A stretch of 54,743 nt of DNA. Source: Patescibacteria group bacterium (lineage in GTDB: Bacteria > Patescibacteriota > Microgenomatia > UBA1400 > CG1-02-47-37). Of this stretch, positions 1-9,655 are shown piece by piece. The position numbers and the translations under genes are program-made. The first letter of the stretch is position 1, and each line of letters opens with the position of its first letter. The notes beneath the pieces were generated by a model that searched no databases, was not told where the DNA came from, and was given only the letters and a program-made list of their open reading frames with translations. The stretch is from positions 1-54,743 of the forward strand of contig DATEUG010000011.1 of the NCBI GenBank assembly GCA_035283225.1, read 5' to 3'.

Positions 1-1065
1 CAGCTGCGGGGTAGATCCGGCCGCCAGGGCGACCCCGGCTCATCCAGATTTTATGTCTCCTTAGAGGACGACATTATGCGGATTTTCGGCGGCGACCAGA
101 TCTCAAAACTAATGACCACCTTGAAAATGCCCGAGGACGTGCCTTTGGAACACCCAATGGTAAGTAAAGCGATCGAGCAAGCCCAGGTAAAAGTGGAAAG
201 TTTTCACTTTGATTCCCGAAAACACCTGGTTGAGTACGACGACGTGATGAATAAACAAAGAGAAATTATTTACAAAAAGCGGCTGCAAGTATTTGAAGCC
301 AATCTCCCGGAAAAAATTGAAGCGGTTCTTAAATCCCAAACTGAAAGCTTGATTAGTGCTCATGTTAATCCGGACACCGGGGCGATTAACCACGAAGCCT
401 TGGTTAATGAATTAAACCTGGTTATCCCCTTTGACCCGGCGTCTCAAAAACGGGTTAAAACCAGGCTGGAAAAAATTAATTCCCAAACAGAGCTGAATGA
501 AACCGTCTGGCAAATTATTGATCAGACTTTCAAGCAACGGCAAAAACAAGTCGGTGATAACCTCATGCTTCAAGTGGAGAAATTTGTCATGCTTAACACC
601 ATTGATAACTTATGGATTAATCACCTGGACGCGATGGATGACTTGCGAGACGGCATAGGACTTAGAGGCTATGCCCAGCGCGATCCGCTGGTGGAGTATA
701 AAGCCGAGGCTTTTGATGGTTTTGAAAAATTGATTAACAGCATTGACTATGAAGTCGCCCGCCGACTGTTCCGGGTGCAAATCGCCCAGCCTGCTCCGGC
801 TCCAGTGCCAGCTCAACCCTTCGACTCCGCTCAGGGCAAGCCCACCATCACTGAAGAAGTTAAACCAGAAGCGCCTAAGCTGGAAAAGCCAATCTCCACT
901 AAACCGGTTTCTGACTTTGCCGCTGCTTTTGCCAAGGTCGGGGCTAACCGTCCTTCAAGGCCAGCCCCAGGCCAAGTCCACAAAAAAATCGGCCGCAACG
1001 ATCCCTGCTGGTGCGGCTCAGGCAAAAAATGGAAGAAGTGCCATTATCCTGACCCAGGATACTAA
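1..1065 (+). CDS. secA: Preprotein translocase ATPase SecA, C-terminal part (5' end outside window)
   Basis: Frame 1 is open from base 1 (QLRGRSGRQGDPGSSRFYVSLEDDIMRIFGG, a classic SecA motif). The C-terminus carries the CWCGSGKKWKKCH SEC-C zinc motif. Stop TAA at 1063-1065. Confidence 0.95.
   Translation, partial: QLRGRSGRQGDPGSSRFYVSLEDDIMRIFGGDQISKLMTTLKMPEDVPLEHPMVSKAIEQAQVKVESFHFDSRKHLVEYDDVMNKQREIIYKKRLQVFEANLPEKIEAVLKSQTESLISAHVNPDTGAINHEALVNELNLVIPFDPASQKRVKTRLEKINSQTELNETVWQIIDQTFKQRQKQVGDNLMLQVEKFVMLNTIDNLWINHLDAMDDLRDGIGLRGYAQRDPLVEYKAEAFDGFEKLINSIDYEVARRLFRVQIAQPAPAPVPAQPFDSAQGKPTITEEVKPEAPKLEKPISTKPVSDFAAAFAKVGANRPSRPAPGQVHKKIGRNDPCWCGSGKKWKKCHYPDPGY
817..840 (+). repeat. Family-B dispersed motif copy inside the secA linker
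   Basis: CCCTTCGACTCCGCTCAGGGCAAG, translated in frame as PFDSAQGK. Confidence 0.45.
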
Positions 1066-1066
1066 A

Positions 1067-1936
1067 ATGAACGGCAGTTTAGCCTTATTCTTGGCCGCTA
1101 CACTTTACGGTTTTATTGGCGTCTTTTCCAGAATTATCAGCTTTAATATTCCTTTATTTTTTCAAGCCTGGTCGAGAAATGTTTTGGCGGTTTTATTAAT
1201 TTTTGGATTAGTCAAAATTTTTGGTGGTTGGAAAAAACTTAAACCCGGCGACTTTAAGTGGTTTGCCTTAAGAGGTTTAGGCGGCTTTATCAGTTTCCTT
1301 GCCTTTTACATCAGTTTTATTTATTTGGATTTTAGTACCACCTATTTTATTTCTTACGCCGCCGCCACAATTGCCGGTTATTTATTGGGTTATCTTTTCT
1401 TTAAAGAAAAACTTAATCAAGTAAAATTAATCTCTCTGGGCTTGTCAATAATTGGTTTGTTTTTAATTTTTAGAGTTAATCTAAATCTTGATAAATCCAT
1501 TTATTTAGTTCTTTCCGCTGTTGGTGGTATCACTTTGTCTATCTGGACCGTTTTTTCGAAAAAAATTTCCGGTATTTACTCTAATCTTCAAATGAACTTA
1601 ATTGATTCTATTTTCGCCTTGGCTTTTCCCTTGAGTTTGTCATTAATATTAAGAGAACAATGGTCGTGGCCAACTCTAAGTTGGTTATGGGGCGCAAATT
1701 TATTATTTGCCTGTTTATTTATCGCCGTCGGCTTTTTGATTGTTTACGGCTTTAAAAAGGTTGAGGCCCAAAAAGGAAGTTTAATTTTATTGTTTGACAT
1801 TGTTGTCGGGATTTTACTGGGCTTAATTTTGTTTAAAGAAAATGTCAGTTTACCGGCATTAATGGGCGGAGCGCTGATTGTCGCCGCCATGATTTTTCCG
1901 AATATCAACTTAAAAGAACTAAGCAAGAATGAATAA
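1067..1936 (+). CDS. EamA/DMT-family membrane transporter
   Basis: About 10 predicted TM helices with duplicated EamA-like halves. The start was moved to ATG 1067 (MNGSLALFLAATLYGF) because the longer ORF from 743 overlaps secA out of frame. Confidence 0.8.
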   Translation: MNGSLALFLAATLYGFIGVFSRIISFNIPLFFQAWSRNVLAVLLIFGLVKIFGGWKKLKPGDFKWFALRGLGGFISFLAFYISFIYLDFSTTYFISYAAATIAGYLLGYLFFKEKLNQVKLISLGLSIIGLFLIFRVNLNLDKSIYLVLSAVGGITLSIWTVFSKKISGIYSNLQMNLIDSIFALAFPLSLSLILREQWSWPTLSWLWGANLLFACLFIAVGFLIVYGFKKVEAQKGSLILLFDIVVGILLGLILFKENVSLPALMGGALIVAAMIFPNINLKELSKNE

Positions 1937-2558
1937 AATTACTAAAAAACACGCCTATTACAATAATCAATTCTTTGCTAAATGGGCAGGCCTTTACGAT
2001 TATGAAAAATATTTTTTCTCTCCTCTGCGACGAAAAGCGGCCAAATTTCTTGGTTTAAAACCTCCCAAAAGAATCCTGGATGTTGCAACCGGTACCGGCG
2101 CCCAAGCTTATGAATTAGCGAAACTTGGTCATGAAGTTATCGGAGTAGACTTATCACCAGAAATGCTCAAAGAGGCGCAAAAGAAACTCAATAAAAATCT
2201 TAACTTAAAATTTAGACAGGCCGACGCTACTCACTTACCTTTTAGAAATAATTCTTTTGATGCCGCCTCAATCTCTCTGGGTTTACATGACATGCCCCAT
2301 GAAATTGATTTAATGGTGTTAAAAGAAATAAAGCGGGTGGTGAAAAAAGGCGGCCAAATATTAATAGTCGATTACAATGAAACGAAAAAACATCTCATTG
2401 CTAAATTATTGTTTCCCGCTATCAATCTGTATGAAACCGTAAATTGGAAACCATTTATTAAGAAAGGCTTAGAAAGCTTACTCAAGGAAGTAAATCTAAA
2501 CGTAGAAAGAGAAACCAATTGGCTGGGCGCAATTCAAATAGTTTTAGTTAGGCTTTAA
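1929..2558 (+). CDS. Class I SAM-dependent methyltransferase (UbiE/Methyltransf_11-like)
   Basis: SAM-binding motif ILDVATGTGAQA, then VIGVDLSPEML, and post-II/III motifs (FDAASISLGLHDMP, KKGGQILIVD). Confidence 0.8.
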   Translation: MNKITKKHAYYNNQFFAKWAGLYDYEKYFFSPLRRKAAKFLGLKPPKRILDVATGTGAQAYELAKLGHEVIGVDLSPEMLKEAQKKLNKNLNLKFRQADATHLPFRNNSFDAASISLGLHDMPHEIDLMVLKEIKRVVKKGGQILIVDYNETKKHLIAKLLFPAINLYETVNWKPFIKKGLESLLKEVNLNVERETNWLGAIQIVLVRL

Positions 2559-3162
2559 ATTTGTCCGGAAATTTCTCGCGTAAAGTAACGGAATTTCTAT
2601 CTCTCTCTGAAATAATCATTTTCTCTTTTGGTGTGGGCCAATCAATCTTTAAATCGGGATCAAACAAGGAAATTGCCTGATCGCCGCTCAAATCGCGGTC
2701 TTTGTACAATTTGTCGACAAAGTAAAGATAATCCACCGGGGCTTTAACCGTACAAACAGAGTTAGCAATCCCCTGGGTAATAAACCAAGCTCCTTTAAGT
2801 CCCCCGTCATCCGGGCCCATCATGGTAGTTACTACTTTTGAAAAAGTGGGTGAATCGGGACGAACATCAACTAAGGCTGAAAAAGCCACTCCGGCAGTGA
2901 CCACCACCAACTTATTCCAGCCTTCAGCGTGCAGACCGCGGACCACATTTTCCGTTGAGCGGGAATGATTAATCTGGGCCACTTTAAAAGGAGTACCAAT
3001 GATGTCTTCAATTTTGTAAGTGTGTCCTAATTCAGCAAAAAAACCGCGCTCGTCCGGGAAAAAATTAGGGGCAAGGTAAAACAAACCGTCAATTACCGTC
3101 TTAAAAACGCCGTCTTTAATTTCCAATTCTGGCTTGGGTTCGTATAGATTTGGGCTCACCAT
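2548..3162 (-). CDS. rmlC: dTDP-4-dehydrorhamnose 3,5-epimerase-like cupin
   Basis: RmlC-like motifs INHSRSTENVVRGLHAE and WNKLVVVTAGVAFSALVDVR. The size of about 200 aa fits. Confidence 0.7.
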   Translation of the reverse strand: MVSPNLYEPKPELEIKDGVFKTVIDGLFYLAPNFFPDERGFFAELGHTYKIEDIIGTPFKVAQINHSRSTENVVRGLHAEGWNKLVVVTAGVAFSALVDVRPDSPTFSKVVTTMMGPDDGGLKGAWFITQGIANSVCTVKAPVDYLYFVDKLYKDRDLSGDQAISLFDPDLKIDWPTPKEKMIISERDRNSVTLREKFPDKFKA

Positions 3163-3176
3163 AAAGGGATTATAGA

Positions 3177-4337
3177 CTATCGATTAACCAAAAGCACCGC
3201 GTTGGGAAGGTTTCTGCCCGGCCCGGCTTTGTAGCCGCCGGAATACAAAGCGGTCGAGCCGCCATCGTCAAGATTTAAAGCATGAGTTAAGCCTAAAGCT
3301 TTTAAGGCGTAAGCGGCTTCAGCCACAGTGGCGTTGTGAACCACACCAATATAAACCGTTGAGCCGTTAACCCCGACAAAGCTTCTGCCGCCTTTACTGC
3401 CTTGCTTGGGATCATCGCCGCCGGTAAAAGTAATGCTGCCGCCGGAGAGTAACAAGGGATAATTAGCAATAACTGCATCCACACCTGTGTCCCGGCCCCA
3501 CTCTAAAGATTGACCGACAAAGCGGGCTGAGTTGCCGGAGAAAATCACCGCCGGGACAGTCGAGTAAACGTTGTTGTCGGAATTAAAATAAACTTTGTTT
3601 TTATTCATAAGCAGGGTGTCAAAAGAGTTGGTTTTGCCGACACAAGACGGGTATGACGCCGGGCAAAAGTAAGAGCCGTTAACCCCGGCAAAAGCGCCGC
3701 TCCTACCGACATAATCAGCCAGTGACAACACCGGGCAGTTGTCACGGCAATCACCGTCTGAAGCCGTATCAATAATCACTTTGGCCGAGTTTAAATCGGC
3801 CGCCACCAGGCTGACGGTGTAGGGACCGATTGCAGTAGATACCACCTGGCGGCTGTAACCGGCTCCCGGCGGCGTGTTTGACTGGGGTAAGTTAGCTGTA
3901 TCCGGCACGGCTAATGACCCGGCTTTTGGTTTTAAATCAGCCAGGGAGGCATTGAATAATTTGATCTCGGCCGAAGCCGAAGCATAATTAACATCAGCCA
4001 AATAGCTTAAAATTTTGGCTAGGTTAGGTGCCAGTTTTTTGGTGTCAATGCCGCTGTCAGTTAAATCAAGGTAAGTTTCATAAGCTTTAACCGTTGCATC
4101 GAAAGTGGTTTTAACCGCAGAAATCGACGCTTCTAGAGACTGATTAATCAAATACTCGTCGCGGGATTTAAAAACATCAAGTTCGGCCGAAGTTTCAACC
4201 AGCCGTTTATTGGTCTTAGCGACTTTTTTATCGGCGACAAGTTTAACAAAAACGGCTCCGGCAACGCTTAAGCCGATGAGTACTACTGCCGCTGCTATCG
4301 GGGCGATTTTTTTAAAGTTATTAGGCAGAAACTTCAT
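3177..4337 (-). CDS. Membrane-anchored phosphodiester glycosidase-family (NAGPA/DUF2233-like) protein
   Basis: N-terminal TM helix (IAPIAAAVVLIGLSVAGAVFV). The C-terminal domain has GVNGSYF, VGVNGSTVYIGVV and ALNLDDGGSTALY, typical of this family. Start set to ATG 4337 (MKFLPNN). Confidence 0.6.
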   Translation of the reverse strand: MKFLPNNFKKIAPIAAAVVLIGLSVAGAVFVKLVADKKVAKTNKRLVETSAELDVFKSRDEYLINQSLEASISAVKTTFDATVKAYETYLDLTDSGIDTKKLAPNLAKILSYLADVNYASASAEIKLFNASLADLKPKAGSLAVPDTANLPQSNTPPGAGYSRQVVSTAIGPYTVSLVAADLNSAKVIIDTASDGDCRDNCPVLSLADYVGRSGAFAGVNGSYFCPASYPSCVGKTNSFDTLLMNKNKVYFNSDNNVYSTVPAVIFSGNSARFVGQSLEWGRDTGVDAVIANYPLLLSGGSITFTGGDDPKQGSKGGRSFVGVNGSTVYIGVVHNATVAEAAYALKALGLTHALNLDDGGSTALYSGGYKAGPGRNLPNAVLLVNR

Positions 4338-4362
4338 GAGGTTACTATATAATAGACGGATA
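4338..4362. promoter_or_regulatory. 25-nt divergent promoter region with overlapping -10 boxes
   Basis: TATAAT at 4348-4353 lies 9 nt upstream of ATG 4363. On the opposite strand, TATAGT lies 6 nt upstream of ATG 4337. There is no Shine-Dalgarno sequence on either side. Confidence 0.5.
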
Positions 4363-5220
4363 ATGTCAAGCAATCTAAAAGCACTTTTGGCCATCGTTGG
4401 GGCGGCCGTCGTCGGTGGCGGTATCCCGGTTTTTTCCAAAATAGGAATTGCCCAAATTCCACCCTTTACCTTTGCCTTTCTAAGATTTCTTATAGCCGGA
4501 CTTATATTATTTCCCCTGGTAAAAAATCAGTTACCACAAAAGTTAAAAATTTGGCGTCAACTAATTCTAATTTCTTTACCTGCCACAATTAATATCAGTT
4601 TATTCGTACTGGGCATTAGACTGACCAGTGCGACTGCTGCCCAATTAATCTATGTGATTGTTCCCATCATTACCGCTATCGTTGCTTTCTGGCTGATCAA
4701 GGAGAGCTTGGGGGTAAAAAAACTGCTCGGGATTATTTTAGGTTTAGCCGGAGTACTGGTAGTAATCTTAGAGCCACTGGGAAATGTAACCTTACTAGGC
4801 AATCTGCTAGTGTTGGCTGCTGCCAGCGCTTATGCCTTCTATCCCGTTTTCAGCAAAAAAATGCTGGTTAAACATTCTCCCTTGTTATTAACTTTTATTT
4901 TTGCCCTAACTACCGCTGCCGTTAATTTACTCCTGGCGGGGACCGAACTCTGGCGTTATCCTAACTGGTGGCAAACGATTGATTTGATGGCAATAATGTC
5001 TGTTTTCTATGTTGGGATTTTTGGCGGAGCTATTTTTTATCTACTTTCTCAAATCGCGACTAAACATAGTTCGGCTACGGGCGGAACAATGCTTTTATAC
5101 CTCCAACCTATTGCCGCCTATTTTTGGGCCAGCAATTTTTTAGGAGAAGGTTTGAGTTTAAAACTAATCCTCGGGGGAGGCTTGGCAGTTTTAGGGGCTT
5201 ATCTGGTATCGCTTCACTAG
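4363..5220 (+). CDS. EamA/DMT-family membrane transporter
   Basis: 10-TM profile and EamA-like repeats. Start set at ATG 4363 (MSSNLKALLAIVGAAVVGG). Confidence 0.8.
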   Translation: MSSNLKALLAIVGAAVVGGGIPVFSKIGIAQIPPFTFAFLRFLIAGLILFPLVKNQLPQKLKIWRQLILISLPATINISLFVLGIRLTSATAAQLIYVIVPIITAIVAFWLIKESLGVKKLLGIILGLAGVLVVILEPLGNVTLLGNLLVLAAASAYAFYPVFSKKMLVKHSPLLLTFIFALTTAAVNLLLAGTELWRYPNWWQTIDLMAIMSVFYVGIFGGAIFYLLSQIATKHSSATGGTMLLYLQPIAAYFWASNFLGEGLSLKLILGGGLAVLGAYLVSLH

Positions 5221-5601
5221 GGTTTGACCGTTTTCTAAAGCCACCCGAAGTTCGAAAATCATGTCAGTAAGGTTGGTGGCCGCAATACAGTCATTATTCG
5301 AGCAGGTGCCGAAAACCAGTTCTTTTTGGGTGTTGCCTAAAGCCGGCTCATGAGAACCATTAATTCCCTGGGCTACACCGTTAGTTGAATAAGTCAGCTG
5401 GTACTCAATTTTAGCCGCATGCTGCATCCCGCCTAAGAGCAAAAGCAAAGCCTGATGATCGCTTCTTAACTTTAACTTGTTCCAAAAACTGCCAACGGGA
5501 ATCGGGTTACGACGCACCAGCTTTTTCCTGGCTGAAGCCGAAACCGCCACCAGACCCAACATTAAGGTAAAAATTAATGCTCCCCAAACCAGCCGCCTCA
5601 T
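5191..5601 (-). CDS. Hypothetical secreted protein
   Basis: 136-aa ORF with an N-terminal signal/anchor (MRRLVWGALIFTLMLGLVAVSASA). No recognisable domain. Confidence 0.5.
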   Translation of the reverse strand: MRRLVWGALIFTLMLGLVAVSASARKKLVRRNPIPVGSFWNKLKLRSDHQALLLLLGGMQHAAKIEYQLTYSTNGVAQGINGSHEPALGNTQKELVFGTCSNNDCIAATNLTDMIFELRVALENGQTLVKRYQISP

Positions 5602-5630
5602 GGTTTCATGATATACTTTTAGACAAGCCT
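5602..5630. promoter_or_regulatory. Divergent promoter region
   Basis: Extended -10 TGaTATACT (5609-5617) lies 13 nt upstream of ATG 5631. No SD. Confidence 0.4.
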
Positions 5631-6257
5631 ATGTCAAAGAAACTACGCCTGATAATTGCGGTTATTTTGGTAGTTTTGCTGGCCGCTGGTTTGTTTTGGT
5701 ATTTCAAAACTCAAAACCCTAATTCCGGCTTGGTCCAAAAAGAAATCAGCATCCAGGAAGCAGGAATTGGCAGCAGTAATTATTTAACTCACGATAACTT
5801 TGCCGGGTTTAGCTTTCAGTACCCGGATAACATGACTTTGAAAGAAACTGAACTGGAGAATCCGGCTGTTTATGCATCAGTTGAACTGGATGCTGCCAGC
5901 GGCGAAACAATCAGTTTAAGAATTTATGACGACCGGTTTGCCGATACGGATGAGTGGCTGAATGTTTTTGAGGCCAATAACGTCATTGTCGATATGTCAA
6001 ACGTGCTTTGGGCAGACATCCCCGCTAAAAGTTTTGCCACCGGTACCCCCCAAAAGTTATACACAGTCGCGATCGATGAAGGGGTGGTTTATCGGCTGGA
6101 GTCGCCAATCTCCAGCAGTTTTTTAAGAGAAGCCCACGAGCATTTAATCAGCTCATTTCAATTTACCCAAGAATCTACTATCGGAAACCAAACTCAGACC
6201 GCCCCAGAAGAGTCAGAAGATGCCTATATCACTTTAATTGAAGAAATTATCCAGTAA
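5631..6257 (+). CDS. Hypothetical membrane-anchored protein
   Basis: Start at ATG 5631 (MSKKLRLIIAVILVVLLAAGLFWYF, a TM anchor). Acidic C-terminus and no recognised domain. Confidence 0.5.
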   Translation: MSKKLRLIIAVILVVLLAAGLFWYFKTQNPNSGLVQKEISIQEAGIGSSNYLTHDNFAGFSFQYPDNMTLKETELENPAVYASVELDAASGETISLRIYDDRFADTDEWLNVFEANNVIVDMSNVLWADIPAKSFATGTPQKLYTVAIDEGVVYRLESPISSSFLREAHEHLISSFQFTQESTIGNQTQTAPEESEDAYITLIEEIIQ

Positions 6258-8677
6258 TGGCTAATCTTTTTCTACACTTTCCTCTTTGGTGGTACGCTAC
6301 TGGCTTAAAGTGGTGGCAGCGCTTTTTTAAAAACCTGCTGGTGTTTTTAAACTCTCAACTGGCAGTAACTTTGATGGCCACAATGATGCTCACCCCTTTG
6401 TGGCAGGACACCAGCCTTTTAGGACGGATTTTAAGCTTTGTTTTTCGATCAGTAAGGGTAATTATCGGCACAGTGGTAATGACGGTTACGGTACTAGCAA
6501 TGGGATTTTGGCTGTTAATTTGGTTACTGGCTCCACCGCTGCTGATGGCAATTTTAAAGTGGCCCGGAGCAGTATTTTTAGCTTTAATCTGGACAATTGA
6601 TATTTTCCGGCAATGGCAAAAGCAAATGCAAAAATACTCAGGTAAAAAATTAATCAAGTTGGTTAAAAAATCTTCAGGTCGAGTGGCTGATTTTAAACTT
6701 AAATTATTAAAATTACCGGCAATCACTGATCTTTTAAATCGGATTGAATTGTCGCCGACAGCACTAACCCAACTGGCCGAACCAATCACTTGGCCACAGT
6801 GGCAAAAACTGTCCCAGGCACAGGCAAGCGAGTGGCGGGATAAATATATCGAAGCCAAACACTTTTTAGCCTCCTGGCTGAAACTTACCGGCTTTAAGAT
6901 TGAAGTTTTAAAAGAAGCGGTTGACTGGCTGAAAAGTCAAAAACAGTGGAGTCGGGTACCGTTTTTGTGGGATGCCGACTACCAAGACCGACCGATAGGC
7001 GGGATCAACCGGGATTTAACCGGCATCCCCACTCCAACATTAGATAAATTTTCCACCGACTTAACCAAATTGGCCAGCCGCCGACAGCTGCCGGAAATGT
7101 TTGGCAAAGAAACTGTGTTAAACCAATTAAGTCAAATCTTGTCTCAGGATCAGCAGAATAATGCTTTAGTGATCGGCCCGCCGGGCAGCGGTAAAAGTAC
7201 ACTCATTAAAAGCTTGGCCCAGGAAATTGTCAGGGGGGTAGGTTTCCAAAAATTAAGATTTAAGCGCTTAGTCAGTTTAGATGTGGCTCAGCTGGCAGCC
7301 GGAGCTGACAGCGCTGCCTTAAACGAACGAGTTACCAAAATGATTGCCGAGATTAAAGCGGCCGGCAACATCATCTTGTTCGTCGATGAAGTTCATAACC
7401 TGGCGTCAATTAACCAAGATAAACCAGAAACCGCTGACGTAATGATTGCTTTGGAACCAGCGCTGTCTGAAGGCTTATTCCAATTCATCGGCGCCACTTC
7501 CACCGGCCAATATAAAAAACTGATTGAGCCAAATGAAGCTTTCTCCCGCTTATTTACCGTGGTCGAACTTAACCAAGCTTCAGCTGCCCAAACTCTGGAT
7601 TTATTAACTTATTTAGCCTATTTAAAGGAACAAAGGTTAAAGCTAAGCTTCTCTCTGCCGGCGCTACATCGGATCGTTGAGGCCGCCCATCTATACTCTC
7701 ATGACCGGGTTTTACCGGACGCGGCCGTCCAGCTTTTGGATGAAGTGACTGCTGCTGCCCAAACTAAGCAGCAAAAATTAATTACCACCGCCGGCGTTGA
7801 TAAATTAATTGAACAAAAAACCAAAATCCCGGTCGGAAAAGTCGACTTTAAGGAAAAAACCAAACTATTAAATCTGGAGGCAAGCCTTCATCGGCAAGTG
7901 ATCGGCCAGGATCGGGCAATTAAAGCTATTGCCGACGCGGTCAGGCGCTTGCGGACACAATTAAAACCAGTTGGCAAACCGATTGCCAGCTTCTTGTTTG
8001 CCGGTCCCACCGGGGTGGGCAAAACCGAAACGGCCAAAGCTTTGGCTAACCAGTTTTTTGGCTCAAGCAGCCTAATGATCAGAATCGACATGAGCGAGTA
8101 CCAGCAGGCCGACAGCATCAACCGCCTAATCGGCCCGCCCCCGGGCAGTAAAGATTATTTATCAGGCGGACAGTTAACCGAAGCCGTCCGGCACCAACCC
8201 TACGCAGTGGTGTTATTGGACGAAATTGAAAAAGCTGACCCTAAAATTCTTAACCTTTTCCTGCAGGTTTTTGATGAAGCCAGATTAACCGACAACCAAG
8301 GCAAGCTGGTTGATTTTAACCACACGATTATTATTGCCACTACCAACGTCCCTCCTGACAAAATTGAAACCCACTTCCCGCCGGAGTGGTTAAACCGTTT
8401 TAGTGAAATTATTGTTTTTTCAGCCTTAAACCTTAACCAAACCGAACAGGTGGTCAAACTAAAGCTGGAACAACTAGCTCAAACCTTAAAAACCCAGGAA
8501 ATCTTAGTAAAATTTGAACCCCAACTGATTAAATCTTTGGCTAAAGTTGGTTTTTCGACTAAGTGGGGCGGCCGGCAAATTGACCGGGTCATTGCTGAAA
8601 AAGTAGTCAACGATATCAGTCAAAAAATTCTTAAAGGCGAAATTGCCGCAGGCCTTGCGTTTACCTATGGATCTTAA
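6257..8677 (+). CDS. Membrane-anchored double-AAA+ Clp/Hsp100-like ATPase
   Basis: NBD1 has Walker A GPPGSGKST and Walker B ILFVDEVH. NBD2 has GPTGVGKTETAKALA and VVLLDEIEKA. The first roughly 125 aa are hydrophobic (3-4 TM helices) in place of a Clp N-domain. Confidence 0.85.
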   Translation: MANLFLHFPLWWYATGLKWWQRFFKNLLVFLNSQLAVTLMATMMLTPLWQDTSLLGRILSFVFRSVRVIIGTVVMTVTVLAMGFWLLIWLLAPPLLMAILKWPGAVFLALIWTIDIFRQWQKQMQKYSGKKLIKLVKKSSGRVADFKLKLLKLPAITDLLNRIELSPTALTQLAEPITWPQWQKLSQAQASEWRDKYIEAKHFLASWLKLTGFKIEVLKEAVDWLKSQKQWSRVPFLWDADYQDRPIGGINRDLTGIPTPTLDKFSTDLTKLASRRQLPEMFGKETVLNQLSQILSQDQQNNALVIGPPGSGKSTLIKSLAQEIVRGVGFQKLRFKRLVSLDVAQLAAGADSAALNERVTKMIAEIKAAGNIILFVDEVHNLASINQDKPETADVMIALEPALSEGLFQFIGATSTGQYKKLIEPNEAFSRLFTVVELNQASAAQTLDLLTYLAYLKEQRLKLSFSLPALHRIVEAAHLYSHDRVLPDAAVQLLDEVTAAAQTKQQKLITTAGVDKLIEQKTKIPVGKVDFKEKTKLLNLEASLHRQVIGQDRAIKAIADAVRRLRTQLKPVGKPIASFLFAGPTGVGKTETAKALANQFFGSSSLMIRIDMSEYQQADSINRLIGPPPGSKDYLSGGQLTEAVRHQPYAVVLLDEIEKADPKILNLFLQVFDEARLTDNQGKLVDFNHTIIIATTNVPPDKIETHFPPEWLNRFSEIIVFSALNLNQTEQVVKLKLEQLAQTLKTQEILVKFEPQLIKSLAKVGFSTKWGGRQIDRVIAEKVVNDISQKILKGEIAAGLAFTYGS

Positions 8678-9653
8678 AACAAGACTTAGCGATTTAATCA
8701 AGGCGGTCGATTTGCCAAAAAAGCAGGCGCGAATTAGCGAGATTGAACAAATTTCTGCCTCGCCAGATTTTTGGAAAGACCAATCCTCGGCTCAAACCTT
8801 AATGAAAGAGTTAGCCGACCTGGTGGCTGAAGTTGACGAAATTAAAAGCTTAACCACCGCCGATCAGGCTACGCTGGAAAGAGAATTGCCTCGTTTAGAA
8901 CTTAAAAAATATTTATCCGGGCCTTATGATGCGGCCAACGCCTTAGTGGCAATCCACTCAGGTCAAGGCGGCACCGAGGCGATGGACTGGGCGGCAATGC
9001 TCAAACGGATGTATTTACGCTATGCTGAAAAAAAAGGCTGGAAAGTGCAAGTTTTAGAAGAAAGCCAGGGAGAAGAAGCCGGGATTAAAAGCGTCACCCT
9101 GGCAATTTCAGGCCGGTACGCTTACGGTTATTTAAGGCATGAAAAAGGCACCCACCGGCTGGTGCGCCAATCCCCTTTTAATGCCGACAATTTGCGCCAA
9201 ACCTCGTTTGCCCTGGTGGAGGTGATGCCGGAAATTGAAGCCGAAACCGATGTGGTCATTAAACCGGATGACTTGAAAATTGAGTTTTACCGCTCGTCCG
9301 GTTCGGGGGGTCAAAATGTCAACAAAGTGTCAACCGCTGTCCGGTTAAAACACCTTCCCACCGGCCTCGTGGTGGAATCGCAAACCCAGCGTTTCCAGGA
9401 GCAAAACCGAAAACTGGCACTAAAAATCTTAAAGGGAAAACTGTGGCAAATTGAAGAAGAAAAAAGATTACAGCAACTAAAACAAATTAAGGGTGAGCAT
9501 AAAGCCGCCTCATGGGGCAACCAAATCCGCTCCTATGTTTTACACCCATATAAGCAAGTTAAAGACTTAAGAACCGCGTTTGTCAGCCAGCAGCCAACCG
9601 CGGTGTTGGGCGGCGAACTTGACGGCTTTATTGAAGCCGAGTTAAAGTTATAG
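8667..9653 (+). CDS. prfB: Peptide chain release factor 2
   Basis: SPF tripeptide (VRQSPFN) and GGQ motif (SGSGGQNVNK). The reading frame is continuous from ATG 8667, which overlaps the stop of the upstream gene. Confidence 0.9.
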   Translation: MDLKTRLSDLIKAVDLPKKQARISEIEQISASPDFWKDQSSAQTLMKELADLVAEVDEIKSLTTADQATLERELPRLELKKYLSGPYDAANALVAIHSGQGGTEAMDWAAMLKRMYLRYAEKKGWKVQVLEESQGEEAGIKSVTLAISGRYAYGYLRHEKGTHRLVRQSPFNADNLRQTSFALVEVMPEIEAETDVVIKPDDLKIEFYRSSGSGGQNVNKVSTAVRLKHLPTGLVVESQTQRFQEQNRKLALKILKGKLWQIEEEKRLQQLKQIKGEHKAASWGNQIRSYVLHPYKQVKDLRTAFVSQQPTAVLGGELDGFIEAELKL

Positions 9654-9655
9654 TT

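Noticed and set aside
743-1066. N-terminal extension of the EamA transporter ORF overlapping secA out of frame
   Set aside because: The extension (MTMKSPADCSGCKSPSLL...) is low-complexity read-through of the secA linker in another frame. A good ATG at 1067 begins the first TM helix right after the secA stop.
6355-6858. 167-aa antisense ORF and a 66-aa sense-overlap ORF inside the 5' part of the AAA+ gene
   Set aside because: They are embedded in a continuous 806-codon gene, with no independent signals or recognisable motifs.
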